DNA from: Lingula anatina
Taxonomy: Eukaryota; Animalia; Brachiopoda
NCBI GenBank assembly: GCA_051362555.1
Contig: CM120642.1
Location: 248,001 to 312,000 of the forward strand
Direction of reading: 5' to 3'
Length of the DNA stretch: 64,000 nt
Of this stretch, positions 1-13,601 are shown one piece after another (the stretch's first letter is position 1; every line of letters begins with the position of its first letter). A program made the translations under genes and the position numbers. The notes beneath the pieces are model-generated. The model had not been told where the DNA came from and searched no databases. It saw only the letters and a program-made list of their open reading frames with translations.

Positions 1-315
1 TAATTAATCAGGGAACATTAGGGAGGGACAGGGTTGGGTTTGAGAAACTTTATGAAATTCACTAAAAACTCTTCTCTTCTGAGCATGTACTGCTAGGTTG
101 AAATTTTCTAAGGAAGTGAGGGAGAGTGTTCTTTGTTTTTGGTGAAGCTGAACTCCTTATGATTCTGATTGGCTGATCATAATGAGACTAGGTTGTACTG
201 TCCAATCAGGTTTTGCTATACTGGTATCTGACCAGTGTCACTTGGTAGTAATTAACTTAACAGCGTGAAATACAAAGCGGAGACATCCTGTCTGTAATTA
301 GGGAAGAAACATCTG

Positions 316-1268
316 GGCCCGGTTTCATCAAGGCTGGATAGCGCTATCCTATGGCTAAAAATGGCCGCTATCCTCTGAATAGAGCTATCCAGAGGATAGT
401 GCGTTTCATCAACAGTGGATAGCGTTATCCAGGGGATAAATCAGCTTATCCAGAGGATAAAGTTGTCCGCTCGAAATAGGTGGGATAAATCTGCTATCAT
501 GCTGTTAAATCATCAAAAATGGCGAACCTGTTTGCTTTGGAAGTAAATCCTATGAGATTTCACAGGCGTAGAATGATTAGAAAGAGAACTTTAGAAGATG
601 TATGTTTGCTTTTGATGATTTAAGTGATGCTGAATCAATAGATTACATAACAGACGTTATCAAAGTTGACATCGCGCCTGCTACGAACAAAACCCATGCA
701 ATCTCCCTGAGAGACCAATTATCTTTATTTTACTAAAACATACCTTTTAAATCGACGAAAAATGTCTACACTGCTATTGACAGAATCTGCCAAATGTGCC
801 AAGTCAGCCATTTTGTTAGAAAGTATGTCACGACCTTGCCCTTCAACTTCAAATCTGTGTAAACATTGCATGAGGCACAACTAATGCAATGTGATGTGTT
901 ATTGACACTGACACTAAAATATCCTGTAGATATTTTCCCCATTATTTTAATGAATGTACCATCTTGAAATATACTTACAATATTGTTTATTATGGGTTAT
1001 TTATTTTCCAAATATGGTATAGACCACTTTTTGTTAGCAACTATCATGGCTTTTATAATGTTTATAGCAACCAACTGCATTATGGGAATGTCTTTTTCCA
1101 AATATGGTATTGGATAAATTTTTATCCATTGTATTACTATCATGCTCTTTATCCAGCCTTTATGAAACACAAATTTACACAGAGGATAACTATCCAGAGA
1201 ATAAGAGATTTATACCATGGATAGTGTTATCCACAGGATAGCCTATCCAGCCTTGATGAAACCGGGCC
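316..1268 (+). mobile_element. Non-autonomous PIF/Harbinger element
   Basis: TIRs GGCCCGGTTTCATCAAGGCTGGATAG / CTATCCAGCCTTGATGAAACCGGGCC, CTG on both flanks, repeated subterminal TATCCAGAGGATA motifs, decayed transposase-like start near 519 (MANLFALE...PATNKTHAISPE). Confidence 0.8.
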
Positions 1269-2327
1269 CTGGAGCTTATCTTTCTATCAACCTATCTTAG
1301 TCCCTGGGAGTTTCCCTGGGCATCTTACATCACATCACATCATCATCACACATAAATCCCTTTATTGTGACCAATAAATTATATATAATGTTGCAGAAAT
1401 CGTGACTTTGGCAATTTCTCCATGAAATACTAATTTTAGATCATAGCATGCTATGGTAAACTACCCCAAACCTATACCCAACATCCCCAAATCAAATGTC
1501 AAATCTTCAATTTCAAGGTTATTTGGACATTTCAAGGTGACATATTCACTTGGGCTAAAAATGATGTATTTTTGACCCACCTCCCCTAATCCACATATGC
1601 TCTTTCAGAATATGGGATCAGATTTAGCACATGGCCTTGTAATTGACCCTTTTCTTCAAGGTCATTCCACCCCTATTTTGCAGGGGAATCCTCCGCCACT
1701 GGCTTCAGCCAGTTGCAGTCTAGTTTTATTTGAAATTTGAAGGGTTTGATGACTGTCCATCGTTTACACGCTCCCTTCTTCCAAAAATGGGGTTTAAAAT
1801 ATTTTAAACGTTTTTTTAATGATTACGACGGAAACTTAATTATGAACCCCGCTTTAAAAAACTGTTAGAGACAAAACCAGTATTGTTTCGGGTATTAATA
1901 TAAATGCCAGTAAAATTATAACTATTATATCTCCAATATATAGAGGCTATTTGACTTTGGACAATGTGATGTAGTTGACATGCTGACCGCCTCATTCCAG
2001 AATGATATCACAAAATCTGACATTTACAAGAGACCCCCTGAAAAAGATGCGAGTATGGGGAAATTAGAGTTGAATACGACAGGATCTTAACTTAGGACTG
2101 GAACCACATATATATACGATGCTCTGCATGATTAATAAAATGACCTGATCCACTTTAATGAAATGACAACAATGCAAAGTTCACATACGACTGATACTGC
2201 CACATCTTACGTCTTCCATGACTTGAGGCAATACTAACAGTAACAGGGTACAGTGTGTAGTACTTCAAGGACTGTGCGAGAATGGTATAGCTAATGGAAT
2301 ATGTTTTATTTACTTGAGTGTCTATTA

Positions 2328-2831
2328 CCCCGTTCACATTACAGTCATTTATTCGAATAAATGGCGAATTAGGTCCCGATTCGAATAACTGTAGTAGGTT
2401 GAACGCGTGAGGATTTTTGTTAAGCGGATTTTCAAAATCCTGCTAACGAGGTGGATTTTCTTCAGCGATTCGAATAACTTACCGGAACAGACACCTATAC
2501 AGATCTTACTGCGCATGTGTGCAGATTAGTGTGGGTATCTATGAACGCTTGTTTATTACTTAAGCGATTGCACCCAACGCATTTGGAGGTAGCCACTCAC
2601 TATAACGTGAGGAAACATAAACTTATTTTCCCATCTTACACTTCCCAAGAAGGCTGGAATGTCTTTTGAGTTGCACTTGTCGTCACAAATTTTCGTTGGT
2701 ATTTTAAGTTTTCCTGTGCGGCGCATGCACAAGTGTTCAAAACAGGAATAAACCTGAAATTTTCAACGTGGGATTCGGTTTCGCTTCGAATTATAGAAAT
2801 GCACATTTTTGCAATTGTAGTGTGAAGGGGG
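2328..2831. mobile_element. MITE (TA-flanked)
   Basis: Imperfect 16-bp TIRs CCCCGTTCACATTACA / TGTAGTGTGAAGGGGG, TA on both sides. Confidence 0.6.
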
Positions 2832-3476
2832 TATATGTTTTCTTTTTCCAGCGGCTGTTTACTAAATCAATTGAATTCAGATGGAGATAAATCAACTTTT
2901 GAAAAGCAATTAATTTGCAGTTGATATCATTGCATTTACATTCCTTGAAAAAGGAGTTTAAATATGAAATTTTATTATTATCTCTTTTAATTGGCCGTTT
3001 AATCTAGAATCTTCATTTTTCTTCATTTTTTATATATCTTGATGATTGTCTTTGTATTTACTTGGTTTTATGAAGAGCCGACTGAACATTTTAAAGACAT
3101 ATTTAAATATAAACAGGGCTGAAAAGTAGGTTAAATCGGTAGGTCAAATTTATAACCAAAATTTTGAAGAAAGGAGAGTTAAAAGCTTTTTATGGCTTAT
3201 CGAGTGAGTTATTCCAATTATCCCTTGGCATGTACAATTTGTGAAAGTGATATGCATGCACATGCGTTACTAAGAATCCACGCTCCATCGACACTTAGAA
3301 ATTGATTTTAAACGCTAAACAGATATCATTTATGTTATCATTAAAGTATCATGCATTGTGTAAGACCATCATCTTACCCTTAAAACTATGATCTGCAAGC
3401 TTACTAATTTTTCCCTTGAATCGATCATTTATGTTAAATACATTGTGTTTTCATACTTAAATCATTTCCTACTTAC

Positions 3477-3622
3477 CTATTCTTTCATTCAAATTGACGA
3501 GAAGAGCTGAATGACCTTGATTGTCTTTATCCCATCCTAGGAACCCAATCTGCTTGTTCAACTCGTCGCGAACATTGTTCATCACAGTATCGTGGATACT
3601 CATTAAGCTTGTTCCTGTTGCG
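3477..3622 (-). CDS. GBP: GBP paralog A coding exon 8
   Basis: ATGTSLMSIHDTVMNNVRDELNKQI...LNERIG|GTAAGT; paralogous to 49806-49945. Confidence 0.8.
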
Positions 3623-6600
3623 CTGAAAATAAGGCTACGGTTTTGTATATTTGTCGTTTCCATCGTATAACCACAAGTGTACCATAAGCTTTTGTCTTTA
3701 TATTAAACTTACTCTCTCATGTTTTTCAGTTTATATCCTTTCAAAATATACACTGTTATCAACGCTTTCAATGTTAATAATTAATAATATTTATACCATT
3801 TTCATTAGCCCATCACAATGAACCCTTACATATGAAAAACATGCTTCATTGGCTTTACGCTTTATTTATTATCAACTGTTTATATCTTACTTTTCAGGGT
3901 CATCTCTTTCTTCCATGGGATTCATCTCGGACCCTCTGAGGCAGACTTCTTTGATTGCTTCCTATAAAAATATGTTTTTGGGGATTTGTAAAACCCTCTA
4001 TCTATACGAAGTCCTTTAACATAGTATACTTCAAAGTTCAGAATACGTAGTGTACCTTCCATTTTCAACTTCAGGGTATTTTCTAAATTAATATCTTATG
4101 ATTTACAGGATTGAGCTGAATAATTTTCAGAAATATTCATCATTTATATCATATATAAATTCAATACCGAAGACCTGGTTACAAACATTCTGTGGACTTG
4201 TGAAGATTATTTTGTCCATAGCTACTTATATTTGTCTGATCTTACCATCCAATATTTCATCTGCTTGCAGTCAGACTTCACCAGGGAATGAGGTTGTGAC
4301 AGGTATGACAACCTATCACCCCCTCTGGTGTGCTATTTCGTCAGATCCCCCCTTGCCTGCCCCTCCCTCAGGAGTGGTAGGTAGAGGTTGGGTAGCTCAG
4401 TCCCATCATTCTGATTCAACTTGGCCCCTTATAAGCGGATGTTAATTGCTTCAAGAACTTTCCGATTTGGATCTCGTGGCTCTATTTCCAAGATTTTTAT
4501 GTCTTCTATGGTTGTTGATGTTATACAATGCCCTGTCTGTTCCTGGTGTTAGCTGAGGGCAGATTTTTTATGTTCAGTGATTCTTTAAGTTAAGGAACGT
4601 CCTGTCTCTCCGATGTATTTCTCTTCACACACCTGACACTCACACTGGTCTCATGGGTCTAATTTGTCCTTTGGGGATACTATGATGAAATAGCACACCA
4701 GAGGGAGTGATATTTCATCACACCTGTCACAACCTCATTCCCTGATGAAGTCTGACTGCAAGCAGATGAAATATTGGATGGTAAGATCAGACAAATATAA
4801 GTAGCTATAGACAAAAGAATCCTCACAAGTCTATTACAACAACATAGCTAATGAAACTGTTCTACACTAAAACATTCTGTGAAAGTGAATTATTTCGAAT
4901 ATAAGGAATATGATACACATTCTTGATTATCACTACAGTGGGTGACAAAAACATTAACTCATTTATTATGGCACCGGACTTCGTAGTTTGAAATCGCTAT
5001 TCATTGTACCATCACCACGTCGTTGGCGGTACACATGGTTTTAGTCCCGACCGATATCGTGCGCCGGCCCCGCCGGCTCCGTTGCTACGTCACCGTGAAC
5101 GTTTCTCCTCCTAAACTACAAGAGCCCCTGCTTTTGTATGTACAGTGGTCGGAATAATTTTGTTTCCGTTGTACACCGGTGTAACAACGTTCGAAATGTT
5201 TTAATCCCTATCTTGTGAATAGAAGGGGGCCGTATAAATCCCTTCAAAATTCGAACGCATAAACACAATAGCTTAGGTGGAATAACACAATACTTAATAC
5301 GAGTGAACCCCATGACGCCGGTTTCTGTGGTCCAGTGGGAGTGCGACAATCCGCTGTAACAAGGTGTAATTAACAGCAGGATACATCAGCCAGAAGGTCC
5401 CTATTGTTTGTTGCGGCGATAGGATTATAGCTTTAAGAGGCTAAAACCCATGCTAACGCGTGCCACGCGAGGCGAACTTTCCTTATGTTCACTAGTTTGG
5501 CACGCGCAGCTGGTTTTTAGTGTTGCTAACAAACTGCGAGTGAAATCTGTTATCAGTTATTTGATTCAATATGAAATTTCCGCAGTCAAAAATTGAACTA
5601 GGTTTTGTTTCTTTGATTGAGATGCATGAGCGTCAGCATCAATCTGTCTCAAAAAATCCTATTGCATTAATTTATAAATGTATAATTTATTCATGTATTT
5701 ACGTTTTAATTTGAAACATCTGCATTCAAGTATTCAAGTATTTTTAAAACATGAATGATAATGAAAGAGGAATAAGGAAAGAATATATTACTTATACTAT
5801 GCTTATATTATACTATTGAAATTAAATGAGGTGCATTGACATAGGCGCAAGGACAATCCAACTCTAACGTGCAACAGGGGGACCTATGACATTGTGATCA
5901 CACGATACATGAGAGTACGGTCAATTAACATTGTAAATCATCAGTAAAAGAGGAGGGGGTCTTACTATAGCTCGCTATCTATTGTTAAAAGCGACTATTA
6001 TTATCTCTCGAACAAGCTTAAACCATGCTTATACAATTACTGTGTCTCCGGCTGCCGTTCAGAAACGCAATGTCGAACATATTTTGCTACAGTGAGAGAC
6101 ATGGTACACCAGCGACTTGTTTTAGATCACTCAAGAAAGGATGCATACGTGCGACAGCTAAGGAAAATTAATCAAGTATGCAAGTGATCTATTAATAGTA
6201 ATTGCACAGTGCATGTTACTAGACCTTTGTCCTAACTCAGAAGTTAGGAATAGGATGTTTGGATAAAAAGCTTCTATTCAACTCGCTTAGACCTAGGGCG
6301 TGATGCTACTACAGTGCCGCCGGAATGTCCCCTTACCAAATGGCCGTATGGTTTCCCAAACCTACCCCATGTGGTCGAACAATAGAGGCCGTATGATAAT
6401 TAAAGGGTAGGGGAATCCCCAAGCAATCCTTATCGGACACCCAAATTAGTCGGTTCAACGAACACGGTCTGCCCCTTCTTATTTGCCTCACTTAAGGTTT
6501 CTATTATAGCTGAGATTGCTATCGACACGAGCAAATAATACCGGGTTATGTATCAACTGCAACAGAAGACTCGAGTAAAGGCAATTCGAATATTAGAACA

Positions 6601-9600
6601 AAACTCTGAAGAACAAATCAGGTTTATTTTTAAAACACGTATAACAATTTTATTTGATGATAATAAGTCACGATCAACAAAAGAGTTAAAATGGAAAATT
6701 TTAAATAGCTAATACATCAAACAAATGTCAATGTCTCATTACCTTTATTACATGTGTTGCTAGTTTAGTAGCCTGGCCTTCTCTCTCAATTACCGCTGGA
6801 ATCACCTTCTTTAGGTGATTAATATATTTATTACACTTTTCTGCGTTAATATTTTCCCACGCCTCTCTAATGCCGTCAACAAGTTGTTCTCTCGTGGTAG
6901 GCTTAACACGCGTACGAAGGTGATGTTTGATTTCAGCCCATACGTTTTCAATACGGTTAAGGTCGGGGCTTTCTGGAGGGGTGCGAAACCAATTAATACC
7001 ATGTTGCTCAATAAATGCAGCAGCAACTCGGCTGGTATGTTTGCTGTCGTTGTCCTGCTGAAACCTGTAGCCGTCTGGGAACATATCACGTATCGCTGGG
7101 ATCAGGGCCTCACCTAATACATCTTCATGTAAAAGTCCGAGTTCATTATACCACTAAACACTACAATGTTCGTCGGACCTCTCGTTCTAATCCCGGCCCA
7201 CACATGGACCTTATAGGGATGCTTGGGTTTGGGGGACATTCTGCGGGGCTCACTTATGTCTCTGCCATACTCGTCACGACGCAAGTAATCGCTAAGAGGC
7301 ATCTTGGAATTGTGATGATTTGGAAAATCTGAGTGTCGATTTATACCGTTCACTTGGCAGGTGACACGATGGCACAGAAATCAGTGACATAAACATGTCA
7401 TATTATACAAAATACTTATTGGCTATTTAGGAAGTCCAGATACACAAACAATCCTGTTGACACGTGTCAGTTGATTTACAATTATGTGCAATTGATAAGT
7501 TTGGATTGAAGAGCGTCATCGCAATGTTAACATTAATTTTAGACGACGCGTGCCACACAGTAGTGATTATGTAATAGTCAGGGCTTAATCACTGTGTTTA
7601 CCCAGCATGAATAAAGCTAGCCTGAACTGATTCTTAATTAATGTGAGATGACACGTGCCAACCAGTGAAGTTAGCCCGAGAGATTGTAATCCAGCTTTTT
7701 AAATTAATTTCTTTTGATGCTTTTAAGTATGAAGAAGACTTTTTGTTAAGTTTGGGCTTTAGATCGTAAAGATGAACTATTCCTATCGTTTTGAATTACA
7801 TATCAAACATTGATAGAGAAACAGTTGCCTTCTGACAGCATTATAGATATTCCTAGTTTTCCAAATACATTCGAACTGCATTTGAGAGCTAAAACAGACG
7901 AAAGTGCACTTATCATTCCAGGCGAATTCAAGCGCATTCTGAGTATTCCAACAGTACTCTTACAACAATTAAGGTCAATTTAAACTTTAGGCTAATTTTA
8001 AAAGCAAGTGATTTGGAAGCATATGTGACACCACCGCCGCCTCCATTTCCAAGTCCATGTGTGACACCACTGCCTCCTCCTCCTTTCCCAAGCCTCTGTC
8101 CGACACCTACCGTTGAGGTCTACATATACAACTTTACCGCTACCGGTCACGTACACAGTTCCTACTTTGTGTCCTACAGAATCAAGGAATCAGTCTTTCG
8201 GCCGGCCACCCGTCGCCTTCTCAAATAAAGAAATATACGAAATTCGACAACGGGCCAGTTCCCCAGGCAACTTTTGCGTTCAGTTGACGGGAAGGTTGTT
8301 TACGATTGATGAACGAATACGAAAGGACAGAAATGTTACGGGTGTAGATGGGAGAGATCCTATATGCAAATATAGACTGAACTATATTAAAGATATGGCT
8401 AACAAACTGTTTATCACTGAAACAACTGACAAATCTTTTTGGAAAAAATGCATTTCGTCTATGAACAAAGCTAATAGAAATATAAGGACATACTATAAAA
8501 ATAAATTTCAATCTTGTTAATAATATGTACACTGTATATAGCAAAGACAGTTTGAAGCCTAATAAATATTACATGTACAAGTACGAGTAGTGTTTTATTT
8601 GATCTTTAATAAATTCATAAATTCATTTATTAAACTCTATGTAAATTCAATCAATTCATAGCTACAATATACAAGAAAATTGCTGTCATCACCGAATCTT
8701 TTTGGTAAAGCGACTTTTGAAAATCACTGTTGGCAAGTTCTTATACTTAAAATCTCCGTATCAGAGTAGAGTGATCAAAGTAGAGTGAAGCCACCGCGCA
8801 TTAAAGGTCAATTAACGCTTGGACGAACACTCAATTGCGACCACGCTCACCTTCGATCTTTATCTCAGCGAGCTAGGGTTAGGCTCTTTTGTTAGCAGAA
8901 AGTTTGTCACGATAATTGCCCGACGGGCAGGGTATGGAACTATTGTTAACCGAAACCAAACAGCGTATGGATGACAATGTTATTTCCATAGTTACCGAGC
9001 CAGGCCGTCCATACAACCCGCAGCAACCCGGAGGGTAAGTAAGGGGACATTCCGGCGGCACTGTAGCAAGGCAAACTGAAGAAATGAGTAATATTTTTCG
9101 AGTAATATAAAAAATATGTAACATGTTTTTTTTTTCTACACATATAAGTTTTTTTAATTACTATTATTTATTTATTTATTTATTTATTTTTTGCAACATT
9201 GACATCAAATACATGCTTAACAAGGGGTGTGTGCCAGTAATAAGTATGACCAAGGAAGTCATGCACTATAATCCAGGAAAGCAGTTTTGATATAAAAAAT
9301 AGACTTAGAAGAAAGAGATAATCTTTCTTTAAATATGGCTGTTGTATGCACCTATATGTTCTAGCAAGGTGCTATTTAATTTTGATGTGTTTTTTTGTAG
9401 CATTGTTTATCTTTTCTTTTTAGTTTTTTTTTAGTTCATTTGCTTTGCTTTTTTTTTTGTGTGTGTTACAAATATGTAATTCCATTTTAAACATTTGAAT
9501 TTTTATAAACCAAGGCAAAATACAAGTCAACACAAATAGATATTTTGGACAATTAAAAGCAATATTACATAAAATATCATTGGCAACACCAAATATGAAT

Positions 9601-11523
9601 TATGCACTGTAAATGCCAATTAACACATACCAAAAACTAACGCTCATCAGTCAGTCTACTTTCCACCTAAATCTGTATTTCAAGCCTACGATTCTTTTAT
9701 ATCAGTTCAAGAATAATAAGTATCACGATTTCCTTTCATACTGCTTACAGTGACAGTGCATATATTAGATCTAGATATTGGGCAAGCAAATAACCAGATG
9801 CACTGGTAAGTACATATTTGAATCTAACAACTGCAGTCAATGAATGCATCACTGTGGGCATGAACGGTGTAACGGCATAGTTTTCTGGTAAAACGAGATT
9901 CCTTCTTAGCCAAAGTGAAAAGAAGACAAACGGGAGTGCAGCTTGGAATACAAAGAATTCCCCGCCCCAATACAAATCACTAAATGCTATAAGAATATGC
10001 TTCACGTACCGTCATTTCTGTGTTGTACATCGCCACCATGTCTTCCAGTATTTTCTTGCGTCTTAACTCCACACTAGCATCCCAGGCACTCTTCATGGCA
10101 GGTATGGTGTCTGGATGATTGACAGCTTCCACATAGTGCTGCAACATTGTGGCAAGCTGATCACCTAACAAGCATGGAATGAGCTGACATTAAAATGTAC
10201 ATAAACTGTTACTATAAATAGCAGTCATAATTAATGAAAATTAGATTGTTTTCTACTAAAACTGCCTGTGCCCTATATGTATATAGCACTACGCCGGTGT
10301 GACGGGAATGGCAGACCTAGGAATAAAAGTAATGGGGTTCCATATGATTGGTAAATGTTAGTGTTAGTCGGAGTATTGGGGTAAGTATAGGAGACAAATG
10401 CCACTTGTACAAAGTAATGGGAAAGGAAGTACGATTCCTAGCGGGCACGCCAGCCTTTATAAGACGCTGTCGACCCGTGAGTGGCAAGTCTTGTCTGTTT
10501 TGTCCCATCCTTCCACTCAGCGATGAAAGGGCCAATTTCAGCGCCATAATATATGCCAGTGAAAATGCATTCCTAGAATATCATTAGTTATGTTATGCCT
10601 GTTAACCAATTTGTTTTGAGACTTATTTACTTTGTGTGAATCATCATATTAACCTAGAGGGGATCCAGGATTATCTAAAGGGGGGTCCGCGGGTGCGAAT
10701 CCACCCCCTCCCTCATTTAGCGTAGGGTTTGGGGCGCGATTAAGGGCCCCGAAAATTTTTGGTATCTTAGAGGGTGAACGGTGCCATTTGGGACGGTTTA
10801 GAACTACATGTATGCTTCAGCTAGTCAAAATTCTAATTTCAAGCGAGGACCAGAAATCGAAGGGGGGGGGGGGCAATACAAATCCGCCACTGTATTAACT
10901 TTGAGGTTTCTTTAGCTGATGACAAATTCACTTATATCATATTACAAAACAAACATGTACCCTAAAATGGCAAAATGTATGTATCGCTATGAAAATTTCT
11001 GCTTTGGTATATTTTCTGAAGATTTATTGATATATCATCAGGCTGAATCTTATCTGTAAAGAAACATACATATACCTTATAATTGGAATAACCTGAAATG
11101 CATTCATTCCTCAAGCACTTTTATAAGTAAAGAAACCACCATACCTGTTATCTTAGAGCCCACAGTCATCCCTCGCTTGCATTCTAGACTAGACAGGATG
11201 CATTCTATAAATTCGTCCATTCTCGCATTGAATTCGGGGTCGATATCATCAGCATTTGCTGCAATATCCAACAACACTTTGCTAACCCCCGGAGTAGGGA
11301 GGGTAAACGCCTCCACTTTACGAAAAGCCAAGAATATGACTCTGCCTATCCTCTCTTGACTGGTTTCTACCGCTTTTTGTGAGCCTTTCTTGAATACCTT
11401 TGGAAAAATATCTTGTTAAGCAATTACATTGATATTATTTTAAGCAAAACATCAAGTATCAACCAGGAGCACAATTTTGATATTTTGGATGTTTTTGTCA
11501 TTTTAGGAACATTCTTGTAATGT

Positions 11524-11560
<37 letters not shown>

Positions 11561-13551
11561 ACCTATTCAATCATAAATCAAGAAGGTGGGCAGTTGCCAC
11601 GAAAAGTCAATAGATCAACTCACCACTTCCTTCACGTAGTCAGTGGGTGTCATTTCGTCTCCGGTGCTAGGGTGGACACACTTCAAATAGACATCTCGCA
11701 AAAGCCACATGAAGTTTGGAAACACCCTACGAAGTTCTCCCATGTCTTCAGTCACCTCCTCATTTTCCTTTGCCCGAATTCTACCAGTAACATCAGTAAG
11801 GGCTCTAAAAGCAAAACAGTAATTTTCACTTTCTTATATTTTAGAAAACGTGTGCATGTACATAGATACTGCAGACTTGACATTTAATATGGAATCGTTT
11901 TCCAAATAATAAGTCATCATTTTTTCTATTTTGCTGACTGATAAATGGAAATAATAGTGTTTTAATAAATTCTGATAATATCTGTGATGTAATTGTGAGA
12001 TCAGTTGATTGATTGAATTCGCCAGTAAGGTAAACAAAAATACATTGCCAATTCTTAGCCATACGACAACCATAGAAAGCGATATGTTGGAACTCCATAT
12101 TTTAAAAATAATTGTCTTTAAAAGAATAACACGCTCCACAAAGAACCCTAATGTTAGTACATGTATCTACGTAGGCAAAGTAACGGTCGCTGTTACGTCT
12201 GCCCTCATCTGGCTTCTAACAGAGCTTTCAAGCGGCAAGGCATTCCTTGGGGCATGTTTTAAGAGATGAATCTGTAATAAAATTCCAGGCAAAGGCCAAT
12301 ACTTATCCAATTTGATTCAGTTTTGTTGTAGGACATGCAGACCGTTGATCCAGCGAGTAGTGGCCTATCCATATATTGTCTATGTGATTAAATTGACGAT
12401 TTTGATTATCAAGGTAGCTGCTGATTCCCTTGGTTCTGTAAGTTGTCTGCTATTAAAAGTGCTCTGTGTGAACCGGCAATCTCATTGTGCAGCCTAAAAT
12501 TGTTCCTAAGGTGCCAATATCAAATAATAGTCAAGTGGTTCCCAGATTATTCCTCTATTCGATCTGCTTCAGGTTTTCATCGATGCCTACCGTTGGTGTT
12601 TTGGCACCAATGTGGTATCCACTCCAAAAACTGACGCTGTCAATGACCCTAGACACTTTAGAGGTGGCACTCGCTTCGTCATAGGCCTCTTCAGGATGTC
12701 TGTAAACAGGTGAAATCTGACCTCAATAAAGAAAGTCACGTGGTTTCAGTGTTCTGCCCAGAAACGAAATTTATTAGAGAAGCAGACGACGCTGAACATT
12801 TGTGCTGTTTACAGTGGCTTCCTCGCAGGTCGTCTGGTACATGTATCCTAACCTGCTGAAACCAGTTTGGTGTTCGCTTAGAGCCTTGAAAAGCGCGTTT
12901 TGGTGACAATTTGCCCCTCGTTCTGAACGGACTGGGTGGTTTTTGTTTAGTTGCAGCAGAATTATATCCGGAAGGACAGTGAGTCTTGTATCCTGGTAGT
13001 AAGATTTCGATACATTGGGCGTCGCCTCTGTGTAGGTACATCTGTCTGGACATAAGTTCATAAAACTGCACGGACCATTCCATGTTACACAATAATCTGT
13101 CTGGCAATATCCGTGAGGACGCAAGCGTAACTTGCTCCCCTCGCACGGAGTTAGCAAGAGAGACGCGCGTTGTGCAAGACGCACGTCGCAAGCAATGAAG
13201 GAGGATATTTCACTGAGGATATTTTTCTTTTAATTCAAGTACATTTTTGTTAAATCTACCACAGTAATGTCACAATATTTCCCTTTATCGTCCGAAAATT
13301 TGAGAGGAATATTTTATTTACTTTTTGAGTTACAGTCGGTTTACTGTTGATAAGTCTAACTGGCAATTTATTTCACCTGGTCGTTGCACTGCGCAGGGAG
13401 ATAGGGTGTTCTAATTACAAGCTGACACCTAAATTACTCGAATAACTAAACTAATCTATATATTCATGGAAAGCCGGTACTTTTACGCACCTTTCCAATA
13501 CTGTCACAAAAAGGTCTCGTTTTCTTATGAACGATACGGGATGATATAAAC

Positions 13552-13601
<50 letters not shown>

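Larger units (their letters stand above)
6312..9063. mobile_element. Tc1/mariner-superfamily element (deletion derivative) with passenger ORF
   Basis: Perfect 25-bp TIRs CAGTGCCGCCGGAATGTCCCCTTAC / GTAAGGGGACATTCCGGCGGCACTG, TA on both flanks. Confidence 0.9.

Noticed and set aside
4936-5165. TA-CAGTGG Tc1-like termini at ~4937 and ~5143
   Set aside because: No matching inverted partner found in the window.
12150-13200. ORFs of 136-151 aa in GBP-A intron 3
   Set aside because: No recognisable motif in the frames examined; probably decayed repeat sequence.
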